DNA from: an uncultured Anaerolinea sp.
GTDB lineage: Bacteria > Chloroflexota > Anaerolineae > Anaerolineales > Anaerolineaceae
Direction: 5' to 3'
DNA: 57,258 nucleotides
Assembly: GCA_964599995.1 (NCBI GenBank)
Contig: CAZRHZ010000001.1
Location: forward strand, 1 to 57,258
Below are positions 27,692-38,500 of the stretch, in pieces (positions within the stretch are counted from its first letter, which is position 1; each line of letters opens with the position of its first letter). The notes beneath the pieces were generated by a model, which saw only the letters and a list, made by a program, of their open reading frames with translations, had not been told where the DNA came from and searched no databases. The translations under genes were made by a program, and so were the position numbers.

Positions 27692-29032
27692 ATGAGGTAT
27701 GCGATGAAAAACTATTCCGCGTTGGGCATTCAAATTCCAGAAATTCTGCTGCCAATTAAATCCGTTGATCCGCAAAAGTGGGCGGTCATCGCCTGCGATC
27801 AATACACGTCGCAGCCTGAGTATTGGAAAAAAGTGGCTGATCTTGTGGGTGATTCCCCTTCATGCATGAACCTGGTTTTTCCAGAGGTGTTCTTGGGTAA
27901 ACCTGGTGAAGAGGAACGGATCAAAACCATCCATGCATCCATGAGGGATTACCTTCGCTCAAATTTGTTAACTTCGCATCATGGGATGATCTATGTAGAA
28001 AGAACCATCGCCGGGAAAACCCGCCGTGGGTTGATGCTCGCCCTGGATCTTGAACAATATGATTACAACAAGGGATCACAAACCCCCATCCGCGCGACTG
28101 AGGGAACCATATTGGATCGTCTTCCGCCTCGCATCAAAATCCGCGATAATGCGCCTTTGGAATTCCCGCACATCCTGATGCTGATCGACGATCCCGAAGA
28201 TCTGGTGATCGGCAGCGTTGAGAAACGCAAGGCATCACTGCCCACGTTGTATGATTTTGAATTAATGCAGTCCAGCGGCCACCTCACCGGACGATCGGTG
28301 AGTGATCCCGAATTAGAAGGACAGGTGGTGAAAGGACTGGAGAAATTGACTGATCCAGAAGAATTTTCGAAAAAGTATGACCTGCCCCTCGGAACCCCGA
28401 TCTTGCTGTTCGCCTCAGGCGACGGCAATCATTCGCTGGCTACCGCAAAAGCCTGCTGGGAAAAGCTGAAACCCACGGTGGGCATGGACCACCCTGCGCG
28501 ATACGCGTTGGTGGAAGTGGAAAACGTTCACGACAAAGCGCTTGAATTCGAACCGATCCACCGCGTACTTTTCAACACCAAAGTCGATCCTTCCACTGCG
28601 CTTCAAGAAGCCTTCGGTTCAAAGATCTGTTTTTCAACTGTTAAAGATGCAAAAGCGATGATCGCGGGCGTAAAATCTGTCCAGGGTCCCGAACATCACT
28701 TTGGCTTGGTAACTTCGAAAGGCTGCCAGATCGTGAGCATCCAGAACCCTGAACTCAATCTACCCGTCGGTACCTTACAGGTATTTTTGGACGCGTGGGT
28801 GAAAACAGGCGACGCGGGGGAGATCGATTACGTGCACGGGGATGATATTGTCGTCGACCTGGGTACAACACCAGGTAACGCCGGTTTTTACCTGGCAGGC
28901 ATGCCCAAAAGTGATCTGTTCAAAACCGTGATCAAAGACGGCTCGCTGCCGCGCAAAACCTTCTCCATGGGTGAAGCCCATGAGAAACGCTTCTATTTTG
29001 AAGCCCGCCGGATCACGCTTGAGGGAAAATAA
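27692..29032 (+). CDS. DUF1015-like protein (unknown function)
   Basis: 446 aa. WAVIACDQYTSQPEYW, FPEVFLG, GDGNHSLATAKA and EPIHRVLF resemble conserved blocks of DUF1015. The assignment is from memory and needs an HMM check. Confidence 0.5.
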   Translation: MRYAMKNYSALGIQIPEILLPIKSVDPQKWAVIACDQYTSQPEYWKKVADLVGDSPSCMNLVFPEVFLGKPGEEERIKTIHASMRDYLRSNLLTSHHGMIYVERTIAGKTRRGLMLALDLEQYDYNKGSQTPIRATEGTILDRLPPRIKIRDNAPLEFPHILMLIDDPEDLVIGSVEKRKASLPTLYDFELMQSSGHLTGRSVSDPELEGQVVKGLEKLTDPEEFSKKYDLPLGTPILLFASGDGNHSLATAKACWEKLKPTVGMDHPARYALVEVENVHDKALEFEPIHRVLFNTKVDPSTALQEAFGSKICFSTVKDAKAMIAGVKSVQGPEHHFGLVTSKGCQIVSIQNPELNLPVGTLQVFLDAWVKTGDAGEIDYVHGDDIVVDLGTTPGNAGFYLAGMPKSDLFKTVIKDGSLPRKTFSMGEAHEKRFYFEARRITLEGK

Positions 29033-29034
29033 TA

Positions 29035-29361
29035 ATGACAGAGGATAAATCCCTGGATCAAGGAAGTGTGGATAATTCGATCCGGTCAGTCTCAACCGCC
29101 CCATTGACCGGGAATCGTTTTCGCGTCACGATCGAATTGGCAGAGAATCATTCCAAACCCAATATTCTGCTGGTGCTGGTCGATGCGGACCAGAAGGAAA
29201 TCTCCCGTTCCATGATCCTGGAGGCGATCGGCACTCACACCGTGTTCACAATGCACGCCCGCGTACCAGATCCGGTCTATCCCCTCAGCTTGACCTGTTC
29301 AACATATTTGGATGAAGACCAAACGGCAGACACCCAAAGTATCTTGATCCAACTGGCTTAA
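29035..29361 (+). CDS. Hypothetical protein, 108 aa
   Basis: The start lies 2 nt after the DUF1015-like stop, so the two are probably co-translated. It has no recognisable motif. Confidence 0.45.
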   Translation: MTEDKSLDQGSVDNSIRSVSTAPLTGNRFRVTIELAENHSKPNILLVLVDADQKEISRSMILEAIGTHTVFTMHARVPDPVYPLSLTCSTYLDEDQTADTQSILIQLA

Positions 29362-29459
29362 ATGCTAACATATTTCCAAATAATTACTGGGTACAATAAT
29401 TGCAACCTGAATGATGAAGGTTTTATCAATTTATGGTTCCTCCCTCACGCAGGTAGTCC

Positions 29460-31220
29460 ATGCACCCAACCAGATTCATCCTCAATCGCCGCCACTTCTT
29501 CTGCCTATCCATTTTTCTGGTAGTCTCATTCCTGTTGTGCGCATGCAAGCCAGAAGCACAGACTGAAACCGTTCAACCAACCCAGGTGGAGGCTGCGACA
29601 CCAGAAATCACCACAACCGTTTTGCCAGAACTCCCCTCTCCTACTGCGACCTCAACCCTGCTGCCAGTAACCGTACAAAATAGTGGGGCAACCGACGCCG
29701 GATTGATCATTTTCTCCATGCCTGATGGTGAATTTCAGCACCTGTTCGCATATCACCCCTCCTACTTGTCCGTAACAAGACTGACCTCGGATGCCTGGGA
29801 TGACGTAGCCCCTTCTGTCAGCCCGGATGGTAACAAGATCGCATTCGCATCATCGCGCTTCGGAACGCGGGATGTGTTCATTCTGGACCTGGCTGCAAAC
29901 AGCCTGACCCAAATGACCAATTCACCCGCTTTTGAAAGATCCATCGATTGGTCGCCCGACGGGCAATACCTTGTGTACGACAGCTACCAGAATGGCTATT
30001 CCGACCTGATCATCCAATCGGTGGCCAATCCGAGCGAACCTCTCATCCAGTTGACCGATGGCACATCGAACAATACACAACCCTCCTGGTCGCCGGACGG
30101 AAGCGAACTGGCTTTCGTTTCAGACCGATCCGGACAAAATGAGATCTGGTTGGCCCGCTTGCAAAGCACCGGTGACCTGTTCGTTCACTGCATCGGTGAC
30201 GCCCATTCCAGTTACTCTCGCCCCACATGGTCACCCGATGGGCAGTACCTGGCAATCAGTCAACGCGCTACAGATGACCTGATCCTGGTGATGCAGCCGC
30301 ATAATCCCGATTTTAAGCCAGTCAAGTTGGGATACGGCACAGATCCTGTTTGGCTGCCGGATGGCAGCGGGGTGCTGGCGACTCTCGTATTACCCAATCA
30401 GACCAATGTACTGGCTTACGCCTTGAGCGACCGCCATTTGATGCTCCCCCCCCTCCCAATGCCAGGAAGGATTACGGGCTACGACTGGGCTGCCGCAAAC
30501 CTTTCGCAAAACGTGCAGACCTACCTATCAAGGAACAACGTCTCTCAACCCGAACCGTTGTGGGTGGATCGATCCTCATCCACGGTGACACAGAGCGGAA
30601 GACGCAGCCTGGTGGAACTAAACAACGTGGATGCCCCACAAGCTATCTTGTCAGATGCGGCAGACGACCGCTTTAATCAACTGAGAACTTTGCTGAAAAA
30701 TAAAACCGGATGGGATGTGCTGGGTATTCTGGAAAATGCGATGCTGGCTCCAACAGATACTTCCATGCCAGGTATCGCTGAGAACTGGCTCTACACTGGA
30801 AGAGCTTTTGCCATGAACCTCGCGCCCTATGAAGCCAATTGGATGATGACCAGCCGGGAAGAGTTCGCGGGCAAAACCTACTGGCGGGTGTGGATCAAAT
30901 GTAAAGTTCAGGATGGAAGTTGTGGAGAGCCCTTGGCCGGTGAGTTTTGGAACTTCAACAGCCGCTATTCGGGTGATGCAGTCGCGTATGAGAATGGCGG
31001 TGATGCCGTCAACGCGCCAGCCGGATATTGGGTGGATTTCACTGAACTTGCTTTGCGGTTTGGATGGGAAAGATTGCCGTCATTAAACAACTGGCGGGCA
31101 TATTACCCCGGCATCCAGTTCAATGTGTTTGTCCTGCGGCAAGGCTTGAGTTGGGAGGAAGCCTTACTGGATATTTACCCACCTGAACAGGTGGTCTTGA
31201 TCATCGAGCAAAACCAATGA
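29460..31220 (+). CDS. Lipoprotein with TolB-like PD40 beta-propeller and unknown C-terminal domain
   Basis: 586 aa. The signal/lipobox-like sequence is LVVSFLLCAC, followed by a T/P-rich linker. It has PD40 repeats (SVSPDGNKIAFASSR, DWSPDGQYLVYDS, SWSPDGSELAFVSDRSG, TWSPDGQYLAIS). The ~245-aa C-terminal region has no motif I recognise. Confidence 0.7.
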   Translation: MHPTRFILNRRHFFCLSIFLVVSFLLCACKPEAQTETVQPTQVEAATPEITTTVLPELPSPTATSTLLPVTVQNSGATDAGLIIFSMPDGEFQHLFAYHPSYLSVTRLTSDAWDDVAPSVSPDGNKIAFASSRFGTRDVFILDLAANSLTQMTNSPAFERSIDWSPDGQYLVYDSYQNGYSDLIIQSVANPSEPLIQLTDGTSNNTQPSWSPDGSELAFVSDRSGQNEIWLARLQSTGDLFVHCIGDAHSSYSRPTWSPDGQYLAISQRATDDLILVMQPHNPDFKPVKLGYGTDPVWLPDGSGVLATLVLPNQTNVLAYALSDRHLMLPPLPMPGRITGYDWAAANLSQNVQTYLSRNNVSQPEPLWVDRSSSTVTQSGRRSLVELNNVDAPQAILSDAADDRFNQLRTLLKNKTGWDVLGILENAMLAPTDTSMPGIAENWLYTGRAFAMNLAPYEANWMMTSREEFAGKTYWRVWIKCKVQDGSCGEPLAGEFWNFNSRYSGDAVAYENGGDAVNAPAGYWVDFTELALRFGWERLPSLNNWRAYYPGIQFNVFVLRQGLSWEEALLDIYPPEQVVLIIEQNQ

Positions 31221-32236
31221 TTCAAATAAAACGTGCGCTTCTCTTGTTGCTTTGCATGGGCATTGCGTTGAGCGGCTGGTTTTTCTCTTCAGCGAAATCT
31301 GTGGCATCGGCAGTCGATGAAACACCAGCACCCACCGATGAGATTGAAGATCCAATTTTTCCACCGGTCACACCGGAACCCGAAAGTGACGTGCCAACCC
31401 CTTTATACGATGTTCCCCTGGCACTTAATCCACATGATCATTTCTACTTCATCCAACCGATCACACTGGATGCAGAGCATGGGCTGCTGCCAGATTTTCG
31501 GTATGGATATGAATACACCGATGAAGATGCGATCCATACCGGAGTAGATATCACCTCACCCTTGCACCAACCCGTACTGGCTGCTGGTGATGGCCAGGTG
31601 ATCTTCGCAGGTTACGGTTTGTTGAATGGCGGAGGCGACAAAAATGATCCTTACGGGCTCGCGATCCTGATCAAACACAATTTCAGCTATAACAATCAAA
31701 CGATCTATACGGTTTATGCTCATTTGGACCGCATTGATGTGCAAAAGAACCAGATGGTGCAAGCCGGAGAGCAGATCGGGATCGTGGGTATGACTGGCAA
31801 CACCTCGGGGCCACACCTGCATTTTGAAGTGCGCACTGAAGATGAATACGGTGGCAGGGTGCAAAACCCTGAATTGTGGATGGCACCCAGCCTTGGAAGC
31901 GGTGTATTGGCAGGAAAGCTCAAGAGTACTTACGGATATTTGTTATCTACTCAGACCTTGTATTTGAAATCATTGGAAACCGATCAGATCTATGAGTTCA
32001 TTTCCTACAAGACGGGCACGGCTGTGTTTCCGGATCCGTATTTTGATGAAAATTTCGTTTTCGGCAACATCCCTGCTGGAACATATCAACTCTCCACAAT
32101 TTATAACTACCGGTGGTATCGTTTGACCCTCACTATCGCGCCTGGTACGGTTAACACTGTCTGTTTTAACGGAAAAGATGGCTTTTCACAGGAATGTGCG
32201 ACTGAGGTCAATCCGGATTCATTTTTAAACCACTAG
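31217..32236 (+). CDS. Secreted M23 (LytM-type) metallopeptidase
   Basis: 339 aa with a signal peptide. It has the motifs HTGVD (HxxxD) and GMTGNTSGPHLHFEVR (HxH). The start overlaps the upstream stop (ATGA). Confidence 0.8.
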   Translation: MIQIKRALLLLLCMGIALSGWFFSSAKSVASAVDETPAPTDEIEDPIFPPVTPEPESDVPTPLYDVPLALNPHDHFYFIQPITLDAEHGLLPDFRYGYEYTDEDAIHTGVDITSPLHQPVLAAGDGQVIFAGYGLLNGGGDKNDPYGLAILIKHNFSYNNQTIYTVYAHLDRIDVQKNQMVQAGEQIGIVGMTGNTSGPHLHFEVRTEDEYGGRVQNPELWMAPSLGSGVLAGKLKSTYGYLLSTQTLYLKSLETDQIYEFISYKTGTAVFPDPYFDENFVFGNIPAGTYQLSTIYNYRWYRLTLTIAPGTVNTVCFNGKDGFSQECATEVNPDSFLNH

Positions 32237-32374
32237 ATTTTTCTTGTTTATTCCATTATCAACCTATACCCTTTCAAAATTCTTAATTGATACCAGCCAT
32301 GGTACTCTTGACAAGGAATCATTCCTGTCAGACAATAAATCGTTTAATTCGTTTGATATGGAGGTTTGTTTGTA

Positions 32375-33061
32375 ATGTATAGCAAGAAAATTACCATCAA
32401 TATTGTCGCAGTGATCCTGGCCACCTTGTTCATCACTGCCTGCGGAAAAGCGACTCCCACCGAGGATCCGAGTTTAAAAATTACTTCCATCGCTGCCACC
32501 GTCCAGGCTGAATTAACTCAAATTGCCGCTCTCACCCCCAGCCCGACCTCAACCTTCACTCCCACCGTAACCGCGACCATTGCTGAAATTACCGCTACCC
32601 CAGAGTTGACCATGACCCCCACAATGGGAGCTATCATGACTTCAGCGGCTGGTGACAACGCCAAATATGTTAACGACATCACCATTCCAGATGGAGCTAT
32701 GGTTAAGCCAGGATCAAGTTTCACAAAAACCTGGTCGATTCAGAATACCGGAACCACCACCTGGACAAAAGACTACCAGATCGTTTATCTCGACGGGCCG
32801 CAAGGTACTGCCCTTTCCTTCAAGTTAACCAAAGAAGTAGCACCAGGCGAACTTGTTGAGATATCGGTCCCATTTGTGGCTCCCACCGCGCTTGGAACCT
32901 ACACCAGTTGGTGGACGCTTTACAGCGCCAGCGGATACTCATTTGGTGAACCTCTATACGTGCAGTTCGTGGTTGGAACAGACACGGCCACTCCCACTTC
33001 CAGCACACCCAGTGGAACAAGCACCACTACGCCAACAGAAACAGTTACCAGCACTCCTTGA
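32375..33061 (+). CDS. Lipoprotein with NBR1-FW-like Ig domain flanked by Thr/Pro-rich segments
   Basis: The preferred start is ATG 32375 with GGAGG at 32360-32364; the ORF track uses TTG 32366. The lipobox is LFITAC. The domain segment PDGAMVKPGSSFTKTWSIQNTGTTTW...GTYTSWWTL resembles the NBR1 FW / Ig-like fold common in Chloroflexota and Actinobacteria. Confidence 0.6.
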   Translation: MYSKKITINIVAVILATLFITACGKATPTEDPSLKITSIAATVQAELTQIAALTPSPTSTFTPTVTATIAEITATPELTMTPTMGAIMTSAAGDNAKYVNDITIPDGAMVKPGSSFTKTWSIQNTGTTTWTKDYQIVYLDGPQGTALSFKLTKEVAPGELVEISVPFVAPTALGTYTSWWTLYSASGYSFGEPLYVQFVVGTDTATPTSSTPSGTSTTTPTETVTSTP

Positions 33062-33068
33062 AGCCGGA

Positions 33069-34145
33069 ATGAATCCAGAATCAAGATTTTTCGAGGTTGA
33101 AAAGAAGATCAAAGCCGAGGCATTCCGCCTTGGCTTTTCTTTATGCGGGATCACTGACAGGCGCCCCCTTGAAGGTTACGCGCGTTATGAGCAATGGATC
33201 CAAAGCGAGCATCACGCGGAGATGGGCTACTTGGCATCAGAACGCCACCGAAAACCACGTCATGATCCAGGTCAGTTGATGCCGGGTGTCCAATCCATTA
33301 TCTCGCTGGGATGGCCTTATCCGATTCGGACCATGGATCAACCCCAACATACCGGAAAAGCCAAAATCGCTTGCTATGCAAATGAAAGAGACTATCACCT
33401 GACGCTGATAAAAAAACTCACGACACTATCTGATTTCATTCGAAATTTGTTGGGTGGAGATGTGGAAATCAAAGGTTATACCGACAGCGCTCCCCTTTTA
33501 GAAAGGGAGATCGCCTCACGCGCTGGCTTGGGCTGGATAGGAAAGAATTCAAACCTGATCTCGCCCAAAACAGGATCTGCAATTCTTTTGGCTGAATTGC
33601 TGGTGGGTTTTCCGCTGCAGGCTGATCCGCCCTTTCAAAAAGACCTGTGTGGAAACTGCATGAGATGTGTGAAGGCGTGTCCAACCCAATGCATTCTGCC
33701 TGACAGAACCATCGATGGAGGCAAATGCATCAGTTATTTAACTATTGAAAATAAGGGTGACATTCCTGAAAACCTGCGCGGTGCCATTGGAGAGTGGCTA
33801 TTCGGATGTGATGTCTGTCAAATGGTCTGCCCCTGGAATGTTAAGCACGCCAAGCATGAGGTCGATTTGAAAGCAGTTGATTGGGACGTTCCGCAGGTAC
33901 TCGCGTTGCTAGATTTATCTGAGGTTGACTTTCGAAACCATTTTAAAGAGCATCCGATTACCCGCGCCAAACTCAACGGCATGCGACGTAACGCACTGAT
34001 CTGGTTAGGGAATAATGCCGATCCGTCTGAAGTTCCCAAATTGAAGGAGTTTGCAGATCGATCTAAGGATGAAGGTCAGGCACAAGATGTTTATTGGGCT
34101 ATTGAAAAGATCAAGGAAAGAATAAAGGCTCAACCCATTCTATGA
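33069..34145 (+). CDS. queG: Epoxyqueuosine reductase QueG
   Basis: The start is taken at ATG 33069 (MNPESRFFEVEKKIK). The ORF-track start at 32853 runs through the upstream gene in another frame. It has two 4Fe-4S motifs, CGNCMRCVKACP and CDVCQMVCPWN, and C-terminal HEAT-like repeats. Confidence 0.85.
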   Translation: MNPESRFFEVEKKIKAEAFRLGFSLCGITDRRPLEGYARYEQWIQSEHHAEMGYLASERHRKPRHDPGQLMPGVQSIISLGWPYPIRTMDQPQHTGKAKIACYANERDYHLTLIKKLTTLSDFIRNLLGGDVEIKGYTDSAPLLEREIASRAGLGWIGKNSNLISPKTGSAILLAELLVGFPLQADPPFQKDLCGNCMRCVKACPTQCILPDRTIDGGKCISYLTIENKGDIPENLRGAIGEWLFGCDVCQMVCPWNVKHAKHEVDLKAVDWDVPQVLALLDLSEVDFRNHFKEHPITRAKLNGMRRNALIWLGNNADPSEVPKLKEFADRSKDEGQAQDVYWAIEKIKERIKAQPIL

Positions 34146-34234
34146 GTATAGAAGATAAACACGACCGATTACAGTTCTTTTTTGCCAACCCCTGAAAATC
34201 CATAATTCGCGTGAAACTTAAAACCCAAAAACAA

Positions 34235-34260
34235 AAAGCCCTTCGAGTTTTTCGAAGGGC
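34235..34260. terminator. Terminator hairpin between queG (+) and the LysM gene (-)
   Basis: An 11-bp stem AAGCCCTTCGA/TCGAAGGGCTT encloses the loop GTTT. The minus strand has a strong T-run (TTTTTGTTTTTGGG) and the plus-strand tail is weaker. Confidence 0.6.
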
Positions 34261-34281
34261 TTGTGTTTGATGTGATTGCTG

Positions 34282-35022
34282 TTAGGGTTGAACGGTGGCG
34301 GTCAGCGTGGGCGTTTCAGTTTGAGGAATCCCCAACGTGCTAGTGGCGCGCACAGTGGGAGTTGGGGTGGCAATGTTGGCGCGAACGATGATCTTCTCAC
34401 CAGCGTTAATGGCGTTTTGATCGGTGATCTTGTTCTGATTGAGAATATCATCCACGGTACTGTTGAAATACGAGGCAATACTGGCCAGGGTATCTCCTGA
34501 TTGAATCGTGTAGGTGTAGGTCGTCCCTCTTGCCACATCACTTGGCACCCGAGTGGGAGTGGGCATTTTTTGTCCTGGCGCTGGAATGTAGATTGTATCG
34601 CCAGGCGCTATCGGACATGGATTAGCGGGATCGTCAAACAGGTTGATGACTTGCATATAAAGCAGATCAGCATCATGCGAGTAAGCGATCGTCCAGCAGT
34701 CATCTCCTTCCTGAACGATATACGTATAAGGCTGGGATGGTGTCATCGTTGCTTCAGGGGTGGGTGTTTCTGTGATGGTTGGCGTCATCGTGGGTGTCGC
34801 CGAAGGTTGGGTTGCTGTAGGAGTGAAGGTGGCTGTCGGTGTCGGTGTTTTACTGGCGAACAAGCCAGAGAGTGGTTTTTTCTGACCACTGGCAACCGTA
34901 ATGATGATGAAAATGCCAACCAGAACAAGGATCACAGCCAATGCACCCAAGAAGAAAGGCATGGTCTTTTGACGCTTTTCAAATTTTCTGATCACATTTT
35001 GTGGATTATCTTTTCCGCTCAT
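34282..35022 (-). CDS. Membrane-anchored protein with two LysM domains
   Basis: 246 aa. An N-terminal TM helix is followed by a TPTPTATFTPTATQPSATPT linker. Two LysM repeats follow (YIVQEGDDCWTIAYSH..., YTIQSGDTLASIASYFNSTVDDILNQN). Confidence 0.8.
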   Translation of the reverse strand: MSGKDNPQNVIRKFEKRQKTMPFFLGALAVILVLVGIFIIITVASGQKKPLSGLFASKTPTPTATFTPTATQPSATPTMTPTITETPTPEATMTPSQPYTYIVQEGDDCWTIAYSHDADLLYMQVINLFDDPANPCPIAPGDTIYIPAPGQKMPTPTRVPSDVARGTTYTYTIQSGDTLASIASYFNSTVDDILNQNKITDQNAINAGEKIIVRANIATPTPTVRATSTLGIPQTETPTLTATVQP

Positions 35023-35166
35023 TTTAAATTCCTATGATTGAACCTTTGACAGCTTAAGATTAGTTTATTGGAAATTTACGCTGTACATGTCATTCTCGTG
35101 AATACCCACATCACATAAAAAACATCATACCATAAAAATCACCCTGTTTCCGACTCTTTATGCGCA

Positions 35167-35175
35167 TGATATAAT
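35167..35175 (+). promoter_or_regulatory. Putative extended -10 element (TGATATAAT) upstream of the STAS gene
   Basis: TGATATAAT lies 45 nt upstream of the ATG at 35221. CTGGAGG lies 8 nt upstream of that ATG. The -35 (TTTCCG at 17 nt) is weak. Confidence 0.3.
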
Positions 35176-35220
35176 AACTCTACTTTGATGTCTACTTGAT
35201 TTTATCTGGAGGCTATTCAT

Positions 35221-35556
35221 ATGGAAATCGTTTCTCAGCATTTTAAACACTGTGACGTTGTCAAAGTCAGCGGCAGACTGGATAGCTCGACCTCTCCTGC
35301 GCTGGTAGATGCTTTGAAAAAAATCACAGATGAAAATCGGTTTAAGATCGTCATTGATCTGGGTGGACTCGAATTCATCTCGAGCGCCGGTTTGCGTGTT
35401 TTGATCTCAACCCTGAAGAACTGCAAACGGTATAACCGCGGTGAATTGGTTTTGGCATCCTTGCCCTCAAATATCCTGTCCGTTTTTGACCTTGCCGGGT
35501 TTACAGCCATTTTCAAAATCTACCCGGATGTGCTCTCGGCAGTGGGGTCGTTCTAA
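35221..35556 (+). CDS. STAS-domain anti-sigma-factor antagonist (SpoIIAA/RsbV-like)
   Basis: 111 aa. The conserved phosphorylation loop is DLGGLEFISSAGLRVL (Ser54/55). Confidence 0.85.
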   Translation: MEIVSQHFKHCDVVKVSGRLDSSTSPALVDALKKITDENRFKIVIDLGGLEFISSAGLRVLISTLKNCKRYNRGELVLASLPSNILSVFDLAGFTAIFKIYPDVLSAVGSF

Positions 35557-35566
35557 ATCAAATTAA

Positions 35567-38500
35567 ATGTTATCGAAGAGTTTTCCTGGCGTCTATGCAA
35601 GTCTGGCTGAAGTTGCAGACTTCGTCAAGAACGCAGTAAAAGACGTTGGGTTTAACGCCACAGATTTGTTTGCCATAGAAACAGCCGTTGATGAGGCTGT
35701 TTCTAATATTATCGAACATGCCTATGAGGGGGAAGGCAATGGCGACATTTTATGTACCATCGAAACGAAAGAAGACTCAGTAAAAATCGTTCTGGAGGAT
35801 CATGGGAAACCATTTGATCCGTCCTGCATCCCCATCCCCGATGTGACCGCCGCGCTTGAAGATCGCTCTGATCATGGTCTCGGTGTTTATCTCATGTGCC
35901 AGCTTCTGGACGATGTGCATTTTGATTTTCTTGATCACATAAACCAGTTGACCTTGATCAAGAAAAAATCGATTGAAGAACCCACCCCTTCTCCCACAGA
36001 ACCCCTGCCCCTTTGGAAGCATTTTCTGAATCTGGATGAAGAACTGCTACAGCAACCAAACGCAGTGGCAATCTGTAAGAAATTCAAAGAGATCGTTGAA
36101 AAAGAAGTTCACTGCACTGCCCGTCTCTGGCTGGCTGAACCTTTCTATCCGCTGCCGGGCGAACCCGATGTTGAAACTTTGCCCACTGCGAAAACCGCTG
36201 AGATTGTTCAACGGGCGTTGAAACAAAAGAAAATCGTGGAAGGGCATCCCCCATCCAGTACGGGTAAAGCCGAGTTTCATGAAATGGCTCTGCCAGTCAT
36301 CACACAAAACTTCACACTGGGCGTGCTGCATGTATTCCGGGAAGGCAATTTGCCATTCAGTGAAGAAGAAAGGAACCATCTTGACGCTCTGGTCGCTTTT
36401 GCTGCAGTCTCGATGCAGGTGAACCGCCAGGAAGTGTTAAAGAATTGGCGTTACGACCAGATCTCACTGGTGAGGTCGGTCAGTTCGCAAATTGCCAACG
36501 TTCACGATCTGGATGAACTGGCGAAACGAGTCACAAACCTGATCCAGTGCTCATTTGAATACTACAATGTTTCATTGTTTACCATTGAGGAAGGCTCGCA
36601 AATCCTCAAATTTAGAGCCAGTTCGCATAAGTGCACACCAAGCGCAGACAATCCCCTCTTCAATATCACCATTGGCCAGGGACTGGTTGGAGAAGTTGCT
36701 CTTTCTGGTAAAGAAATCGTGGCGCAAAACGTCAACGAAGATCCGCGTTACCGCTACGTCGAAGAAATGCCTGAAACCAGATCAGAAGCCGTGCTGCCGC
36801 TGCTGGTTGAAAATCGCATCCTTGGCGTTCTGGATGTACAAAGCAGCATGGTTAATGCGTTTCATGAAACCGACCTGTTGGTGGTGCGTTCACTGGCAGA
36901 TACCATCGCACTGGCTGTGGAAGGTGCGCACCTGTACCACAATGTCGAAGAAAAGGCCGACCAAATCTCCGCGGTGGCAGAGATCCATTATGCCTTATCC
37001 TCAATTCTTGATCTGGATGAGCTGCTCAAAGAGATCGTAAATGTCATTCATAACCGGTTTGCCATCCCCCAGGTTCATATTTACACCGTGCACCCTGGCC
37101 GGAAAAAAGTGATCTTCCAATCTGGGAGTGGAAAACTTGCCCAAAAACTTAAGACGAATTCCTTCGCGATCGATCTTGATTCACCACAGGGGATGATCCC
37201 CAATGTCGCCCGCACCGGACAACCCATGCTGGCCAACGATGTCAGCCTGGAACCCTTGTATAAGCCTGGTAAAGACAAATCCTCAGTCATCAAATCCGAG
37301 ATGACCATTCCCCTCAAATTCGGTAATGAGGTCTTGGGAATACTGGATTTGCAATCTCACGAAGCAGGAATATTTGATCAAAATCAACTCAATCTGTTTG
37401 AGGGACTGGCTGCGGGAATCGCGTTAAGCATCCGCAATGCAAGCCTGTTCCGCAGTGAAAAATGGCGCCGCAAAGTAGCTGAGACGTTTAAAGATGTGGC
37501 AGGCATGTTGTCATCGAATATCGCCCTGGATGCCTTACTGGACAATATCCTTTACCAACTTGAACAAACCTTACCTTGCGACGCTTCTGCCATTTGGCTT
37601 TTGGATGACGTCGACGAATCAGACGATAAAGAAAAAAGACTACGACTTGCTGTTGTACGAGGGGTTGAAAGAGACAAGGTTATAGAATCATTGGAAGATT
37701 CTGTAGCGGTTAGAAAATTTCTGGATTTGGCCATGGAGGGAAAACAGCCTGTTACTCGAGCTCCAAATGACCCATTCGGACCATTGGGTGCGGCTTGTTG
37801 TTACCAGAAGAATTATTCCTCCATTGCTGTTCCACTGCTCTCTGGGGATGATGTGATCGGTGTGTTAGCCATGGCGCATCACGCAGAAGGACGTTACGGC
37901 TCAGAAGCTACCCTAATCTCTTCGACTTTTGCCAGTTATGCCGCAGTGGCGATTGACAATGCCAGATTGTATGCAAATGCACAAGAAGATGCATGGTCTT
38001 CCACAGTGCTTCTGCAAGCTGCTGAAGCGATCCAATCAATCACGGAGGTCAATGAATTACTCTCTACCATGATCCGTTTGACCCCCCTACTGGTAGGGAT
38101 CAACCACTGTGCAATCTATCTGAAAAATCCCATCGATCAGTCTTATCGTCTCGAATCATGGTACGGATTCACACCAGATGACCAAAGGATGGCTTTTCGC
38201 GATGACGATACGCTGGCTTTCTTAAAAATGCGAGTCACCGGTGAACCGGTTTTCATCACGAATCCATCCGACGAACTAGGGATCACTTCCATCTCGTTCG
38301 ATCCGCTAACAGGTACGATTGTTTTGATTCCTTTACTTTCACATGGCAAAATTTTAGGAGGCTTTCTCGTTTCTCACAACAGCCTTGGTGAGTTTGGTAT
38401 CCGGAATGTTTTCAACGATCAAACACTGGCCATTCTGCAGGGCATCGCGCGACAAACCTCCATCGCGCTGGAAAACATCCGCCTGGTGGAAAACCGGCAG

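Noticed and set aside
32853-33068. A 72-codon N-terminal extension of queG given by the ORF track.
   Set aside because: It overlaps the 3' part of the NBR1-like gene in another frame and is Pro/Leu/Arg-rich. QueG homology begins at the ATG at 33069, 7 nt after the upstream stop.
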